Positions 16,971-26,991 are shown, numbered from the stretch's first letter. The stretch: 64,000 nucleotides of DNA from Simkaniaceae bacterium (GCA_018399075.1 CP073763.1:1713842-1777841); one strand, 5' to 3'. The notes: generated from the letters alone by a model not told the origin. A program made the numbers and translations.

Positions 16971-18572
16971 ATGTCATCAACGCCGAAAGAGATCATTTTC
17001 GAAGAAGAAGCCAGAGCCAAGCTCAAAGAGGGAATCGATAAACTTGCTGACACTGTCGGTGTCACTCTAGGGCCTAAAGGAAAAAATATTGGAATCGAAT
17101 CAAGCTGGGGAGCCCCCACCATTACCAATGATGGAAATAGCATTGTCAAGGATATCGAACTTAAAGACCCTTACGCAAATATGGGCGTCTCAATGGGAAA
17201 AGAGGTCGCACACAAGATCAAAGAAAATTCAGGTGATGGTACCACTACAGGTATTATCCTTCTCCGCGCTCTTGTTAAACATGGGATTAAGAATATTGCC
17301 TCTGGCATTAGCCCTATTAATTTAAAGCGTGGAATGGAAAAGGCTGTAGAAACAGTTCTTAATGAGCTTGATGCTCTTGCCATTCCGGTTGAAAAAGCAG
17401 AAGAGATTGAGAATATTGCGACTGTTTCTGCTTCTGGAAATAAAGAGATTGGAAAAACAATCTTCGATGCCATTAGCAAAGTAGGGAAATCAGGAGTCAT
17501 TACCATTGAAGAAGGAAAGGGAACGACAACTACGATTGAAATGGTTGAAGGAATGCAATTTGATCGGGGATATACCAGCCCCTACTTCTGCACCAATGCC
17601 GAAAGTATGCTCGTTGAAATGGATGAAGTCGGCATTTTGATTACCGATAAAAAAATCTCTTCGATCCAAGAGATCCTTCCTCTTCTTCAACCGCTTGCTT
17701 CAACAGGAAAAGGGCTCTTGATTATTGCTGAAGACATTGATGGGGATGCTCTTTCAACACTTGTTATTAATAAGCTTCGAGGAACCCTAAAAGTTGCTGC
17801 TGTCAAAGCACCAGGCTTTGGCGATAAACGAAAAGCTATGCTTGAAGATATCGCAGCTTTAACAGGAGGCATTGTTGTCTCTGAAGAAAAAGGGATGCAT
17901 CTAAAAGATGTTGGCGTAGAGGTCTTAGGTTCTGCTGAAAAGATTGAAATTTCTAAAGATAACACCACGATAATTGGTGGAATGGGGCGAAAAGAAGATA
18001 TTGAAGCCCGCCTTAAGCAGATCGATGGACAGCTTGAAAATGCTTCAAGTGATTACGATAAAGAAAAGCTGGAAGAAAGACGAGCAAAACTCCATGGTGG
18101 GGTTGCTGTTATCCGTGTAGGAGCACCTAGTGAGCCTGAAATGAAGCAAAAAAAACAAGTTTTCGAAGATAGCTTAAACTCTACGCGCGCTGCTCAAGAA
18201 AGTGGTTTTGTACCTGGCGGCGGCGTTGCGCTACTCCGTGCTAGCCAAAAGCTTAAAGAGTTAAAACTCGATGATGAAGAAAAAATTGGCTCTGAGATTG
18301 TCCTTCGCGCCTGTTATGCTCCTTTCAAGCAAATCGTTGATAACTGCGGCAAAGATAGTTCCCTCTACTTAGAAGAAGTCTTAAATAGTGACAAAACTGT
18401 TGGGTTCAATGCACTCACTGAAAAAGTCGAAGATCTCGTTAAAGGCGAAGTCATCGATCCTACAAAGGTCGTAAAAAATTGCCTCAAATATGCGGCATCA
18501 GTTGCAGGAATTATCCTCATTTCTGAAGCTCTCATTACAGATGCAGCTGAAGACGAGGAAGAATCGGCATGA
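16971..18572 (+). CDS. groEL: GroEL-family chaperonin paralog (no adjacent GroES, no GGM tail)
   Basis: 533 aa. TLGPKGKN, GDGTTT and VPGGGVALL motifs are present. The C-terminus is DAAEDEEESA instead of a Gly-Met repeat. The gene lies 4 nt after nadC. Confidence 0.9.
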   Translation: MSSTPKEIIFEEEARAKLKEGIDKLADTVGVTLGPKGKNIGIESSWGAPTITNDGNSIVKDIELKDPYANMGVSMGKEVAHKIKENSGDGTTTGIILLRALVKHGIKNIASGISPINLKRGMEKAVETVLNELDALAIPVEKAEEIENIATVSASGNKEIGKTIFDAISKVGKSGVITIEEGKGTTTTIEMVEGMQFDRGYTSPYFCTNAESMLVEMDEVGILITDKKISSIQEILPLLQPLASTGKGLLIIAEDIDGDALSTLVINKLRGTLKVAAVKAPGFGDKRKAMLEDIAALTGGIVVSEEKGMHLKDVGVEVLGSAEKIEISKDNTTIIGGMGRKEDIEARLKQIDGQLENASSDYDKEKLEERRAKLHGGVAVIRVGAPSEPEMKQKKQVFEDSLNSTRAAQESGFVPGGGVALLRASQKLKELKLDDEEKIGSEIVLRACYAPFKQIVDNCGKDSSLYLEEVLNSDKTVGFNALTEKVEDLVKGEVIDPTKVVKNCLKYAASVAGIILISEALITDAAEDEEESA

Positions 18573-19513
18573 AGGAGGCCGCACTCCTTTGCGCGTCAGG
18601 AATAGGTGATGGGCTCCTCATGATGATTGGAGCCCATCATCTTAAACTTGGAGGCTACACTCCTAAGATTTTTCATGATGCTGCTAAAGACCTTTCTCTT
18701 TTATTCGAATCCCATACCTTTACCCCCCATGTTCCTTTAGAGGCTCTTGAAGCCGAACTCCAAAAGTATGAACGGGTCATTGTAGAGAATGACAACTCTG
18801 CAAGAGCATGGCATCTTTTTAAACTCCGAGAAGAGGGAAAACTCAAGCACGTCATTTTCTTTTTTCCCACCCCATCAAAAAACTGGAGAGAAGGAGATTT
18901 TCTCTTTGATCCTAAACTCCCCGTTGCTTCTAATCTCTCCGCTGCCTGTCAAAAAACACTCGGTACACCTAGCACAAAAGAAAATGACTTGACCCTTCCT
19001 CAAGACAAAACCTACAAAAAATATCCCAAGCGCATCATCATTCATCCTACGAGCAATGATCCCAAACGAAACTGGAAGCAAAAACAGTTTTTATCCCTTG
19101 CTAAAAAACTTGAAAGCAAAGGGTTTTCTATTGCCTTTTGTGTCAGTCCAAGTGAGCGTAAAGGATGGGATGGAATTAAAGGGGTTTCACTTCCTAAATT
19201 TAGCAGTCTTAAAGAGGTAAAAGCGTACATCTATGAATCAGGATTTCTTATTGGGAATGATTCGGGACTGGGTCACCTCGCTTCAAACCTAGGAATTCCC
19301 ACACTCACAATTTCAGGGAATCCCAAAAGGGTACGTCTTTGGCGTCCCGACTGGGCTCTAGGGAAAGTGATCACGGTTCCCTTTCCTCTCCCCAACTTTA
19401 AAGGGATAAACATGCGAGTCAGAGAAAACTTCTGGCAAAACTTTATCCCTGTTAATCGTGTCTATCAAACCTTTATAGAGCTTGCTCATGAAAGCCGCAG
19501 TCATTTGTTCTAA
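18569..19513 (+). CDS. glycosyltransferase family 9 (heptosyltransferase-like), copy 1
   Basis: 314 aa. SGIGDGL, IIIHPTS...RNW and GNDSGLGHLASNLGIPT are present. The ATGA overlaps the groEL paralog stop. Confidence 0.8.
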   Translation: MKEAALLCASGIGDGLLMMIGAHHLKLGGYTPKIFHDAAKDLSLLFESHTFTPHVPLEALEAELQKYERVIVENDNSARAWHLFKLREEGKLKHVIFFFPTPSKNWREGDFLFDPKLPVASNLSAACQKTLGTPSTKENDLTLPQDKTYKKYPKRIIIHPTSNDPKRNWKQKQFLSLAKKLESKGFSIAFCVSPSERKGWDGIKGVSLPKFSSLKEVKAYIYESGFLIGNDSGLGHLASNLGIPTLTISGNPKRVRLWRPDWALGKVITVPFPLPNFKGINMRVRENFWQNFIPVNRVYQTFIELAHESRSHLF

Positions 19514-20402
19514 AGGGATGGGTGATGGCCTCATGATGATGGTCGCCTCCCACCGACTTAAACTTGAAGGCTATCAAGTCACCACCTTCCAAGATACGAT
19601 TGGACAGCTAAACGAGTGGTTTCCTGGTCACGCCTTTGCCAAACGTTCGACCATAGAAAATCTTGATTCCTTTGACTTCATTCTCCTCCAAAATGACAAC
19701 ACCCCCTTTTCTTTCAATCTTATTGATAGATACCGCGAAAAAATCCATGTCTTTTATGCCAGTTATGAAGAAGGAAAGCACAGGCCCCGTATTTCGAAAG
19801 ACTATCTCTTTAATCGTTCTCAGCCAATGGTGACCAACATTGCAGAAGGGATCGCCTCCCTTTTAGGAAAAATTGATTCGATTCAGGAAAATGGGATCAC
19901 GATTCCTAAAGGGCTGAGCTATCGAAAACATCAAAATCGAGTGATCATCCACCCCACTAGTACCACTCCCCAACGGACTTGGAATGCAGAAAAATTTATC
20001 AACGTTGCACGAGATTTGGAAAAAGCGGGCTTTTGCCCCATCTTTTCTGTCAGCCCTCCCGAAAGAGAGCGGTGGCTTTCACTCCTTCACAATCGCTTTC
20101 CTCTTCCAGAATTTCCAACAATTAGTGAACTAGCAGCCTACATTTATGAGTCCCATTTCCTCATAGGCAATGAGTCAGGAACAGGCCATCTCGCCTCCAA
20201 TCTTGTGATTCCCACCCTTATTGTTGCAGGATGCCCCAAACAAATGGCTCTATGGCGCCCAGGATTTCTTCTGGGGCAAGTTGTAACCCCTTCTTCTTAC
20301 ATTCCCAACTTCAAACTCCTTCGTCTCCGTGAAAAAAAGTGGCAGACATTTATCTCGCCCCGCCGTATCTTAAAGACGTTCCATAAAATGCACACATCAT
20401 GA
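19488..20402 (+). CDS. glycosyltransferase family 9 (heptosyltransferase-like), copy 2
   Basis: Colinear paralog of the previous gene (KGMGDGL, VIIHPTS...RTW, GNESGTGHLASNLVIPT). ATG 19488 aligns with the copy-1 start. It overlaps copy 1 by 26 nt. Confidence 0.8.
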   Translation: MKAAVICSKGMGDGLMMMVASHRLKLEGYQVTTFQDTIGQLNEWFPGHAFAKRSTIENLDSFDFILLQNDNTPFSFNLIDRYREKIHVFYASYEEGKHRPRISKDYLFNRSQPMVTNIAEGIASLLGKIDSIQENGITIPKGLSYRKHQNRVIIHPTSTTPQRTWNAEKFINVARDLEKAGFCPIFSVSPPERERWLSLLHNRFPLPEFPTISELAAYIYESHFLIGNESGTGHLASNLVIPTLIVAGCPKQMALWRPGFLLGQVVTPSSYIPNFKLLRLREKKWQTFISPRRILKTFHKMHTS

Positions 20403-21055
20403 TGAAATGGCTTTTATTACTCCTCCTTCCTTGTGCTCTTTTCGCTAGACTCAATAGCAATGGTGACTTTCAGATTTGGAATTCCGATGGACTAAACATC
20501 CCCCTTTCCAAAAAGATCCACTTTTCAGGAAATGCCGAATTCCGCTATGGCGATGATAGAAAAAAGCTCTATTATAAACACTATCAAGGAGGATTTCGTT
20601 TATACCGCTCTTCCCATGTCCTTTTTTATTTTGCTTATCGCCATATCTATCATCGAGTGAGAGGGAAATGGATTGCTGAATATGACCCGCTCTTCGACCT
20701 TACCTTTCAAGCTGGCAATCGGCGTGGCCTCTTTTTATCCAATCGGAATCGCATTCAATACCGGATCCTCGGAGAAAAACTTGGAGGAAAAAATCGGTGG
20801 CTCTATCGTAACCGTTCAGAGTATGTTTTCCCCTATCGCCTGACCAAAAGAAACATTGCTCCTTTCCTAGCCTATGAATTTTTCTGGCAAGAAACGCGTG
20901 GCATCGACCAAAACCGCCTTGAAGGAGGACTAAAAATCCCCTACCATCAGAGGACACAGCTTAACCTTTCCTACATGATGCGCTTCCATAAAGATCTCCA
21001 AAAAAAATGGATTCATCACAACATTGTCAGAGTTGATTTTTCCCTCCACTTTTAA
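20399..21055 (+). CDS. putative outer-membrane beta-barrel protein (DUF2490-like)
   Basis: Signal peptide MMKWLLLLLLPCALFA, alternating Y/F/R strands, and a C-terminal FSLHF. The ATGA overlaps the GT9 copy-2 stop. Confidence 0.55.
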   Translation: MMKWLLLLLLPCALFARLNSNGDFQIWNSDGLNIPLSKKIHFSGNAEFRYGDDRKKLYYKHYQGGFRLYRSSHVLFYFAYRHIYHRVRGKWIAEYDPLFDLTFQAGNRRGLFLSNRNRIQYRILGEKLGGKNRWLYRNRSEYVFPYRLTKRNIAPFLAYEFFWQETRGIDQNRLEGGLKIPYHQRTQLNLSYMMRFHKDLQKKWIHHNIVRVDFSLHF

Positions 21056-21079
21056 TTTTGTTTCATTATTGTGTCATTT

Positions 21080-21688
21080 ATGGAACTTTTAATGTTTAAA
21101 GGGCTTTGCTCTGGCTTTTTCTATACCTTCATTTCAATTTCAGGAATGATTCTTGTGGCTCATTATATCATGGGAAAAAGTGCAAAAGTGGGCTTTGTGG
21201 CATCCCTTGGTATTGTTGTCGCTCAGTTTATCTATTCCCTGATTGCCTCTTTGATCATCTATGGCTTCATGACCAATGTTGACATGGAAAATCCTGTTTA
21301 TACACTCATCGGCTCAGCTGTTCTTTTTATCATGGCAATTAAGATCTATCGGAGTCGAGAAAAGTATGACCAAAAAGACAAAACAAGCTCAAATCCTCTT
21401 AAAGCCTTTGCTGCGGGTTTTCTTATTGCGTTAGCGGTTCCCATTAGAGTCCTTGGTTATGCCGCTATTTTTACCGCTCTGAAAATCCATCCACAATCAA
21501 CCTCAACCCTTTTCTCCCCTGCTATTGGAGTCGCTCTCGGCTCCCTTCTATGGTGGATTATCTATGTCATCTCGATCAAAAGCACCCATAAGATGATCTC
21601 TCCCAAAACACTCCAGCAGTTTCATCGTTATGCTGCTCTGATCCTGATCATCTTCTCTCTTATTGGCCTTTCCCGCTTGTTTCTGTAG
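21080..21688 (+). CDS. LysE/RhtB-type translocator-like membrane protein
   Basis: About 200 aa with six hydrophobic helices in the LysE layout. The start is ambiguous (GTG 21071 or ATG 21080). Confidence 0.5.
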   Translation: MELLMFKGLCSGFFYTFISISGMILVAHYIMGKSAKVGFVASLGIVVAQFIYSLIASLIIYGFMTNVDMENPVYTLIGSAVLFIMAIKIYRSREKYDQKDKTSSNPLKAFAAGFLIALAVPIRVLGYAAIFTALKIHPQSTSTLFSPAIGVALGSLLWWIIYVISIKSTHKMISPKTLQQFHRYAALILIIFSLIGLSRLFL

Positions 21689-21745
21689 ATAAAAACTTCT
21701 TGATTCTGTAACATCTTCCTTCTCAAACCAAGGAGATGAAAAGTT

Positions 21746-22204
21746 ATGACTCAATTAATCGTTCGAGCAGCAACTCTTGGAGCAGGAGCCACTGCATTCA
21801 ACCTTATGGGAAACCTAGGGGTCCGCGCCGTTTCTAAAATCACACCTTCCTACTCAGGAGCAATCCTTGCTGGAATCTCTTCTACAGCCTGCTTTATCTT
21901 AGGAAATATGACCCAAGAAAGGGTAGTTCATGAAGAATCGGATTCTAAAGAGGAAAAACAATTTCTATATGCTCTTACTGTCACATTGATTGGAGGGGCT
22001 ACGCTTCCTCACCTTCTATCTCCATTAACAAAATCGACTATTTCTCTCACAGCTTCCCTTGGATACTCACTCTTAGGTTATGCTGGACTTAACTTTGCAT
22101 TCAGTGTTATCCGATACATTGAAACCCCTTCAACACCATTTACTCAGAGTTTTAACGAATTCAAGGATGAACACCTCAACGCTTTGAAATACCTGAGGTC
22201 CTAA
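21746..22204 (+). CDS. hypothetical membrane protein
   Basis: 152 aa with Gly/Ala-rich hydrophobic segments. GGAG precedes the ATG. Confidence 0.55.
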   Translation: MTQLIVRAATLGAGATAFNLMGNLGVRAVSKITPSYSGAILAGISSTACFILGNMTQERVVHEESDSKEEKQFLYALTVTLIGGATLPHLLSPLTKSTISLTASLGYSLLGYAGLNFAFSVIRYIETPSTPFTQSFNEFKDEHLNALKYLRS

Positions 22205-22276
22205 TAGCGCAAAGTCCGACCTTGCAAAACTATTTTTGACATTTTATGATGAGGCCACCAACGTTAGGAGACCTGT

Positions 22277-22615
22277 ATGAAAAAATCCCCCCACCGCATG
22301 AAACACGAGCAAAAGAAGGCGATCCGCCAAGCGCAGAAAGAAGAGTATAAAACCGATGAAAAAGTGATAAAAGAGGAAGCCAAAAAGAAGGCTGTTACCT
22401 CAAAGAGGACAAATAAAATTGCAAAAGCAAAGGCCTCTTCAAAAAAGAAATCGCATAAGACCTCTCCAGATGAAGTGACTTGGGAGACAGAACCTGAGAG
22501 CATCCACAAAGAGGGAGCCCACTGGATCAAGACAATTCAAAAACAAACTACTGATAAGGCAGGACGTCTGAGGAAAAAACTTCAAAAATTAAATTTTCTA
22601 AAAAAGAAAAAATAG
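22277..22615 (+). CDS. lysine-rich basic protein
   Basis: 112 aa that is very Lys-rich by eye (AKKKAVTSKRTNKIAKAKASSKKKSHK...LKKKK). AGGAG precedes the ATG. Confidence 0.55.
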   Translation: MKKSPHRMKHEQKKAIRQAQKEEYKTDEKVIKEEAKKKAVTSKRTNKIAKAKASSKKKSHKTSPDEVTWETEPESIHKEGAHWIKTIQKQTTDKAGRLRKKLQKLNFLKKKK

Positions 22616-22634
22616 CCCTGATATACTAGTGGGC

Positions 22635-23900
22635 ATGAATCAAATAAAGATTGCCCACATTTCAGATCTTCACTTTTCGAGGTTTTCGCCGAGCCCTGCT
22701 CAGTTTTTTTCAAAGCGATGGCTGGGAAATCTCAATCTCTTATTAAACCGCGCTAAAGACTATGTAAATGAGCGTCCCTTTTCACTCCTTCCTACCTTCA
22801 AAGAAAAAGGGATCACCCATGTGATCATCTCAGGAGACCTGACAACAACCTCTAGCAAGCAAGAATATAAGATTGCAGAAAAATTTGTTGAGGCTCTTAA
22901 AGAGGCAGGGATGACTGTTTTCATGATCCCTGGTAATCACGATCACTACACCAAAAAAGCGGATCAGAACAAAATCTTTTATGAAAGCTTTCCCTCCCCA
23001 CGGAGGAAACCTTTTTCAATCAGCGCTCATGGGGTGACCTCACTTCCTTTAACTGAAGAGTGGCACCTTGTTTTAATGGATACAACCTATGCTTCTTCCC
23101 TTATTTCTTCGAATGGATTCTTTTCACCTATCGTTGAGCAAAACTTAAAAAGCCTTCTGACAAAGATCAACCCAGAAGAAAATATCATTCTTGTGAATCA
23201 CTTCCCTTTTTTCCAGCACGATATTCCTCGTCGCCGCTTGATCCGTGGGGAAAAGCTTCAAGAGGTCATTGCTTCCCATCCCAATATTCAACTCTATTTA
23301 CATGGACATACACATAGACGAACAATTGCTGATCTTCGCCCGAATAACCTCCCCCTTATCCTAGATAGTGGATCGACAGGCCACCGACAAGGATCGTGGA
23401 ATGAACTCCATCTTGATGCTACCACCCTTGATTTAACGGTCCATCAATGGGATGAAAAATGGAAAGCGATTGACCATCAAACCTTCTCCTTTAAGTCGAA
23501 GCCTTGGTATCAAAATGGCCTCCGCTTTAAATGCACGGGATGTGGAAAATGTTGCACGAAAAAAGGCTATGTCTGGCTTGATGAAGACGATATCCAAGCC
23601 CTTTCTAAACACTTTAATCTCTCAGAAAATGCTTTTATGAAAAAGTATACCCGCAACTGCGGCTTTGATTTAGCTCTTCTCGATAATCCCAATTCAGATG
23701 ATTGCATTTTCCTTAAAGATAAAAAGTTTTGCGAAGTTTACAAGGCGCGCCCGAAACAGTGTCGCACCTTTCCATGGTGGCCACAAAATTTAACGAGCAT
23801 TGATGAATGGGAAAAGGCTAAAAGTGAATGTGAAGGAATTGATCATGAAGAGGCCCCTTTGATCCCCTTTTCTAAAATCAAAGATGAGTTGGAGAAATAA
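22635..23900 (+). CDS. metallophosphoesterase fused to a YkgJ/UPF0153 Cys-rich domain
   Basis: N-terminal DLH, GDLT, GNHDH and GHTH calcineurin-like motifs. The C-terminal domain carries CTGCGKCC...C..L...CEVY..RP..CR.FP. Confidence 0.8.
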   Translation: MNQIKIAHISDLHFSRFSPSPAQFFSKRWLGNLNLLLNRAKDYVNERPFSLLPTFKEKGITHVIISGDLTTTSSKQEYKIAEKFVEALKEAGMTVFMIPGNHDHYTKKADQNKIFYESFPSPRRKPFSISAHGVTSLPLTEEWHLVLMDTTYASSLISSNGFFSPIVEQNLKSLLTKINPEENIILVNHFPFFQHDIPRRRLIRGEKLQEVIASHPNIQLYLHGHTHRRTIADLRPNNLPLILDSGSTGHRQGSWNELHLDATTLDLTVHQWDEKWKAIDHQTFSFKSKPWYQNGLRFKCTGCGKCCTKKGYVWLDEDDIQALSKHFNLSENAFMKKYTRNCGFDLALLDNPNSDDCIFLKDKKFCEVYKARPKQCRTFPWWPQNLTSIDEWEKAKSECEGIDHEEAPLIPFSKIKDELEK

Positions 23901-23903
23901 GCA

Positions 23904-24974
23904 ATGAAGATTCTTTTCCGCCTCATCATTACTGTCCTATGGATTGGGATCTTTTTTGCCTTCTTAACAACCACTAATTACCTTCGCCCCATAAAACAAG
24001 ATAAACAGGTCCTCAATATCTTTAGTTGGCCTGAGATCTTAAACCCAGAGATTGTGGAAAAGTTTGAGAAGGAAACAGGGGTTCAGGTGGTCCGCCACTA
24101 CTACACAAGCAATGAAGAGCTCCTCATAAAACTCAAAGCCACTCACGGAAAAGGGTATGACCTCATCATTCCTTCTGATTATGCTGTGATTAAATTAATC
24201 GACGAAGAGCTATTGCAACCCATTGACCATCATAAGCTCAATTTTACAAAATACCTAAACCCTAAGCTCATCCATCAAGATTTTGATCCTGAAAATACCT
24301 ATTCGATCCCATTTATCTGGGAAATCCTCGGATTTGGAATTGATACACAGCAATATCAAGAAATACCCTTTGAGCCGACATGGAAAGAGATCTTCTCCCC
24401 TTCAAATCCCCATACTAGAATCTCAATGATTAACGATCCTATTGAAGCGATCGATATTACGGCGCACCATCTTTTTAATTGCCAAGAAGCTCTTTCCTTA
24501 CAAGAAATCGCCCTGATCCGTTCCAAGCTCCAAGCGCAAAAACCCCTTGTTGAAGCCTACGCTGGTGTTCGCGGTGACTATCTCCTCATTACAAAAAATG
24601 CCTCTGTCGCTGTAATTCCTAGCTCGTACATCCTCCGCGCAGCCACAAACTATCCCCATATCGACTTTGTCCTTCCCAAAGATTACTGCTTTATCTCGAT
24701 TGAAAATATGTGCATTCCGAAAGAGTCAGAAAACTCAGACCTCGTCTACACCTTTCTCAATTACCTCTACCAACCAGAAATATTTGCCTCTGAAACCAAT
24801 ACCTTTCAAAACTTCCCTGCAACGACCAATGTCCAGCCCTATATCGATGGTTCACCGATCCTTATCAAAACGCTCGATGCCCTCAATTCTTATGAAGGCA
24901 CCTTCTTTTATACCCGGCAGCTCCTTTCTGAAAAAGAAAGTCGCTCTTTATGGGTAGAGCTTAAATCTTCATAA
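23904..24974 (+). CDS. PotD/PotF-family polyamine-binding protein, membrane-anchored
   Basis: 356 aa. LNIFSWPEIL..EIVEKFEKETGVQV...GYDLIIPSDY is present. There is an N-terminal TM anchor and no lipobox. No ABC permease or ATPase is nearby. Confidence 0.8.
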   Translation: MKILFRLIITVLWIGIFFAFLTTTNYLRPIKQDKQVLNIFSWPEILNPEIVEKFEKETGVQVVRHYYTSNEELLIKLKATHGKGYDLIIPSDYAVIKLIDEELLQPIDHHKLNFTKYLNPKLIHQDFDPENTYSIPFIWEILGFGIDTQQYQEIPFEPTWKEIFSPSNPHTRISMINDPIEAIDITAHHLFNCQEALSLQEIALIRSKLQAQKPLVEAYAGVRGDYLLITKNASVAVIPSSYILRAATNYPHIDFVLPKDYCFISIENMCIPKESENSDLVYTFLNYLYQPEIFASETNTFQNFPATTNVQPYIDGSPILIKTLDALNSYEGTFFYTRQLLSEKESRSLWVELKSS

Positions 24975-24986
24975 AGTTCTCATTTG

Positions 24987-25016
24987 TTTTGACTCAAAAT
25001 CATTTTATGTTAAATG
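24987..25016 (+). promoter_or_regulatory. candidate arc-operon promoter overlapping a 13-nt palindrome
   Basis: TTTTGA-C-TCAAAA (24987-24999) overlaps a TTGACT -35-like hexamer, with TAAATG 16 nt downstream. Confidence 0.25.
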
Positions 25017-25049
25017 AGGTATAAAGATAAATAAAAATGGGATCAAAAA

Positions 25050-26036
25050 ATGCCGGTCAATTTAAAAGGAAGACATTTCCTCACACTAAAACACTTCACA
25101 ACTCATGAAATACATTATCTTCTCAACCTTTCACAAGATCTAAAAGAAAAAAAGCGTTCTGGGGTTCCCGGAAATCTATTAAAAGGAAAGAATATTGTTT
25201 TACTCTTTGAAAAAGCATCGACTCGAACACGTTGTGCTTTTGAAGTGGCCGCCTTTGATGAAGGGGCAAATGTCACCTTTCTTTCGAATAGTCAAGTAGG
25301 AAAAAAAGAATCGATCGAGGATTCAGCAAAAGTTTTGGGAAGATTCTATGATGGAATTGAGTTTCGTGGGTTTAAGCAAGAAACCGTCGAAATCCTCGCT
25401 AAACATGCTGGCGTTCCTGTTTGGAATGGCCTGACCGATCTTTACCACCCAACACAAATTTTAGCCGATTTCATGACCATTAAAGAACACATAGACAAGC
25501 CATTGCATAAGGTAAAGCTCGTCTTTGTAGGTGATACGCGGAATAATATGGGAAACTCCTTGATGATTGGCTGTGCAAAGCTTGGGGCTCATTTCGTAGG
25601 ACTCGCTCCGAAGTCTCTTTTTCCTGATCCCAAGCTTGTTAAAGAGATGGAAGAGATCGGAAAAGAAACAGGAGCAAAAATTGAATTCCATGAAGATATC
25701 GGCGCAGCTGTTAAGGATGCTGACGTTGTTTATACCGATGTTTGGGTTTCGATGGGAGAAGAAGCGCTATTTGCTGAAAGAATTAAGCTTCTTAAGCCCT
25801 ATCAGGTCAACATGGAGATGCTTAAAAAATCAGGTAACCCCCATATCAAGTTTATGCATTGCCTTCCAGCATTTCATGATACAGAAACAGTTGTTGGTAA
25901 AGAGATTGCTGAAAAGCATGGGATTTCTGAAATGGAAGTGACCGATGAGGTTTTCCGAAGTAAGCATTCCATCGTATTTGATGAAGCAGAAAATCGACTC
26001 CACTCGATAAAAGCAGTGATGGTGGCAACGATATAA
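25050..26036 (+). CDS. arcB: ornithine carbamoyltransferase (catabolic context)
   Basis: 328 aa with [17 protein letters not shown] and HCLPAFHD. Confidence 0.9.
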   Translation: MPVNLKGRHFLTLKHFTTHEIHYLLNLSQDLKEKKRSGVPGNLLKGKNIVLLFEKASTRTRCAFEVAAFDEGANVTFLSNSQVGKKESIEDSAKVLGRFYDGIEFRGFKQETVEILAKHAGVPVWNGLTDLYHPTQILADFMTIKEHIDKPLHKVKLVFVGDTRNNMGNSLMIGCAKLGAHFVGLAPKSLFPDPKLVKEMEEIGKETGAKIEFHEDIGAAVKDADVVYTDVWVSMGEEALFAERIKLLKPYQVNMEMLKKSGNPHIKFMHCLPAFHDTETVVGKEIAEKHGISEMEVTDEVFRSKHSIVFDEAENRLHSIKAVMVATI

Positions 26037-26037
26037 G

Positions 26038-26985
26038 ATGAAGAAGAAAGAAATTGTCTTAGTGGCTCTTGGAGGAAATGCGCTCCAACAAAGTGGTGAA
26101 AAAGGGACGATCGATGAGCAGCTCGCCCACGTAAGAGAAACCGCTGACCATCTGATTGAAATTCTTGAAGGAGGCTATTCCCTTCTCATTACTCATGGAA
26201 ATGGTCCTCAAGTAGGAAGCATTCTTCTTAAAAATGAGCGCAGCGAAGATCAACTCCCCCCGATGCCGCTTGATGTTTGTGGCGCAGAAACCCAAGGAAT
26301 GATTGGGTATATGATTCAACAACAGTTGCGTAATCACCTGCAGGCAAAAGGACGAAAAGACCGCGTTGTGACTCTCTGCACTCAAACTTTAGTCGATCAT
26401 AAAGACCCTGCCTTTCAAACCCCCACCAAACCGATAGGTCTTTTCTATACAAAAGAGAAGGCTGAAGCGCTGCAAAAAGAAAAAGGGTGGCATATCGTTG
26501 AACAAATTGGAAAAGGCTTTCGCCGAGTTGTCCCCTCTCCAATGCCTGTTGATATTGTTGAAGGAGAACTTATCGAAGAGCTTCTTAATCAGGATGTCAT
26601 CGTTGTGGCTTGTGGAGGTGGCGGAATCCCCGTGATTCAAGAAGGAAATGGAAATTTGAAAGGGGTAGAGGCAGTCATTGATAAGGATCAGACCGCAGCG
26701 GTTCTAGGAGAAAAGGTAGGGGCAGAGATTCTCCTCATCTTAACCGACGTCGAACAGGTCGCTCTCAATTTTGGACAGGCAAAGCAAAAAAACCTCGACC
26801 ATCTAACAGTTGAAGAAGCAAGAGCTTACTTGAAGCAAGGAGAATTTGGCGCAGGAAGTATGGGACCTAAAGTCGAAGCTGCTTGCTCCTTTATCGAATC
26901 AGGTGGAAAGAAAGCGTTGATCACCTCCTTAGCAAAGGCTTGCGATGCGCTAAAAGGTACAACGGGAACACTCATTTCAAAGTAG
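26038..26985 (+). CDS. arcC: carbamate kinase
   Basis: 315 aa with VLVALGGNAL, ITHGNGPQVG and CGGGGIPV. Confidence 0.9.
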   Translation: MKKKEIVLVALGGNALQQSGEKGTIDEQLAHVRETADHLIEILEGGYSLLITHGNGPQVGSILLKNERSEDQLPPMPLDVCGAETQGMIGYMIQQQLRNHLQAKGRKDRVVTLCTQTLVDHKDPAFQTPTKPIGLFYTKEKAEALQKEKGWHIVEQIGKGFRRVVPSPMPVDIVEGELIEELLNQDVIVVACGGGGIPVIQEGNGNLKGVEAVIDKDQTAAVLGEKVGAEILLILTDVEQVALNFGQAKQKNLDHLTVEEARAYLKQGEFGAGSMGPKVEAACSFIESGGKKALITSLAKACDALKGTTGTLISK

Positions 26986-26991
26986 GGTTAT

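Noticed and set aside
17089-17968. Several 66-111-aa ORFs in alternative frames and antisense within the groEL paralog
   Set aside because: They lie entirely inside a well-supported gene. They have low-complexity Ser/Pro/Ala-rich translations typical of out-of-frame GroEL sequence.
26059-26640. Three antisense ORFs (83-108 aa) inside arcC
   Set aside because: They are embedded in a motif-confirmed carbamate kinase gene and have no start signals.
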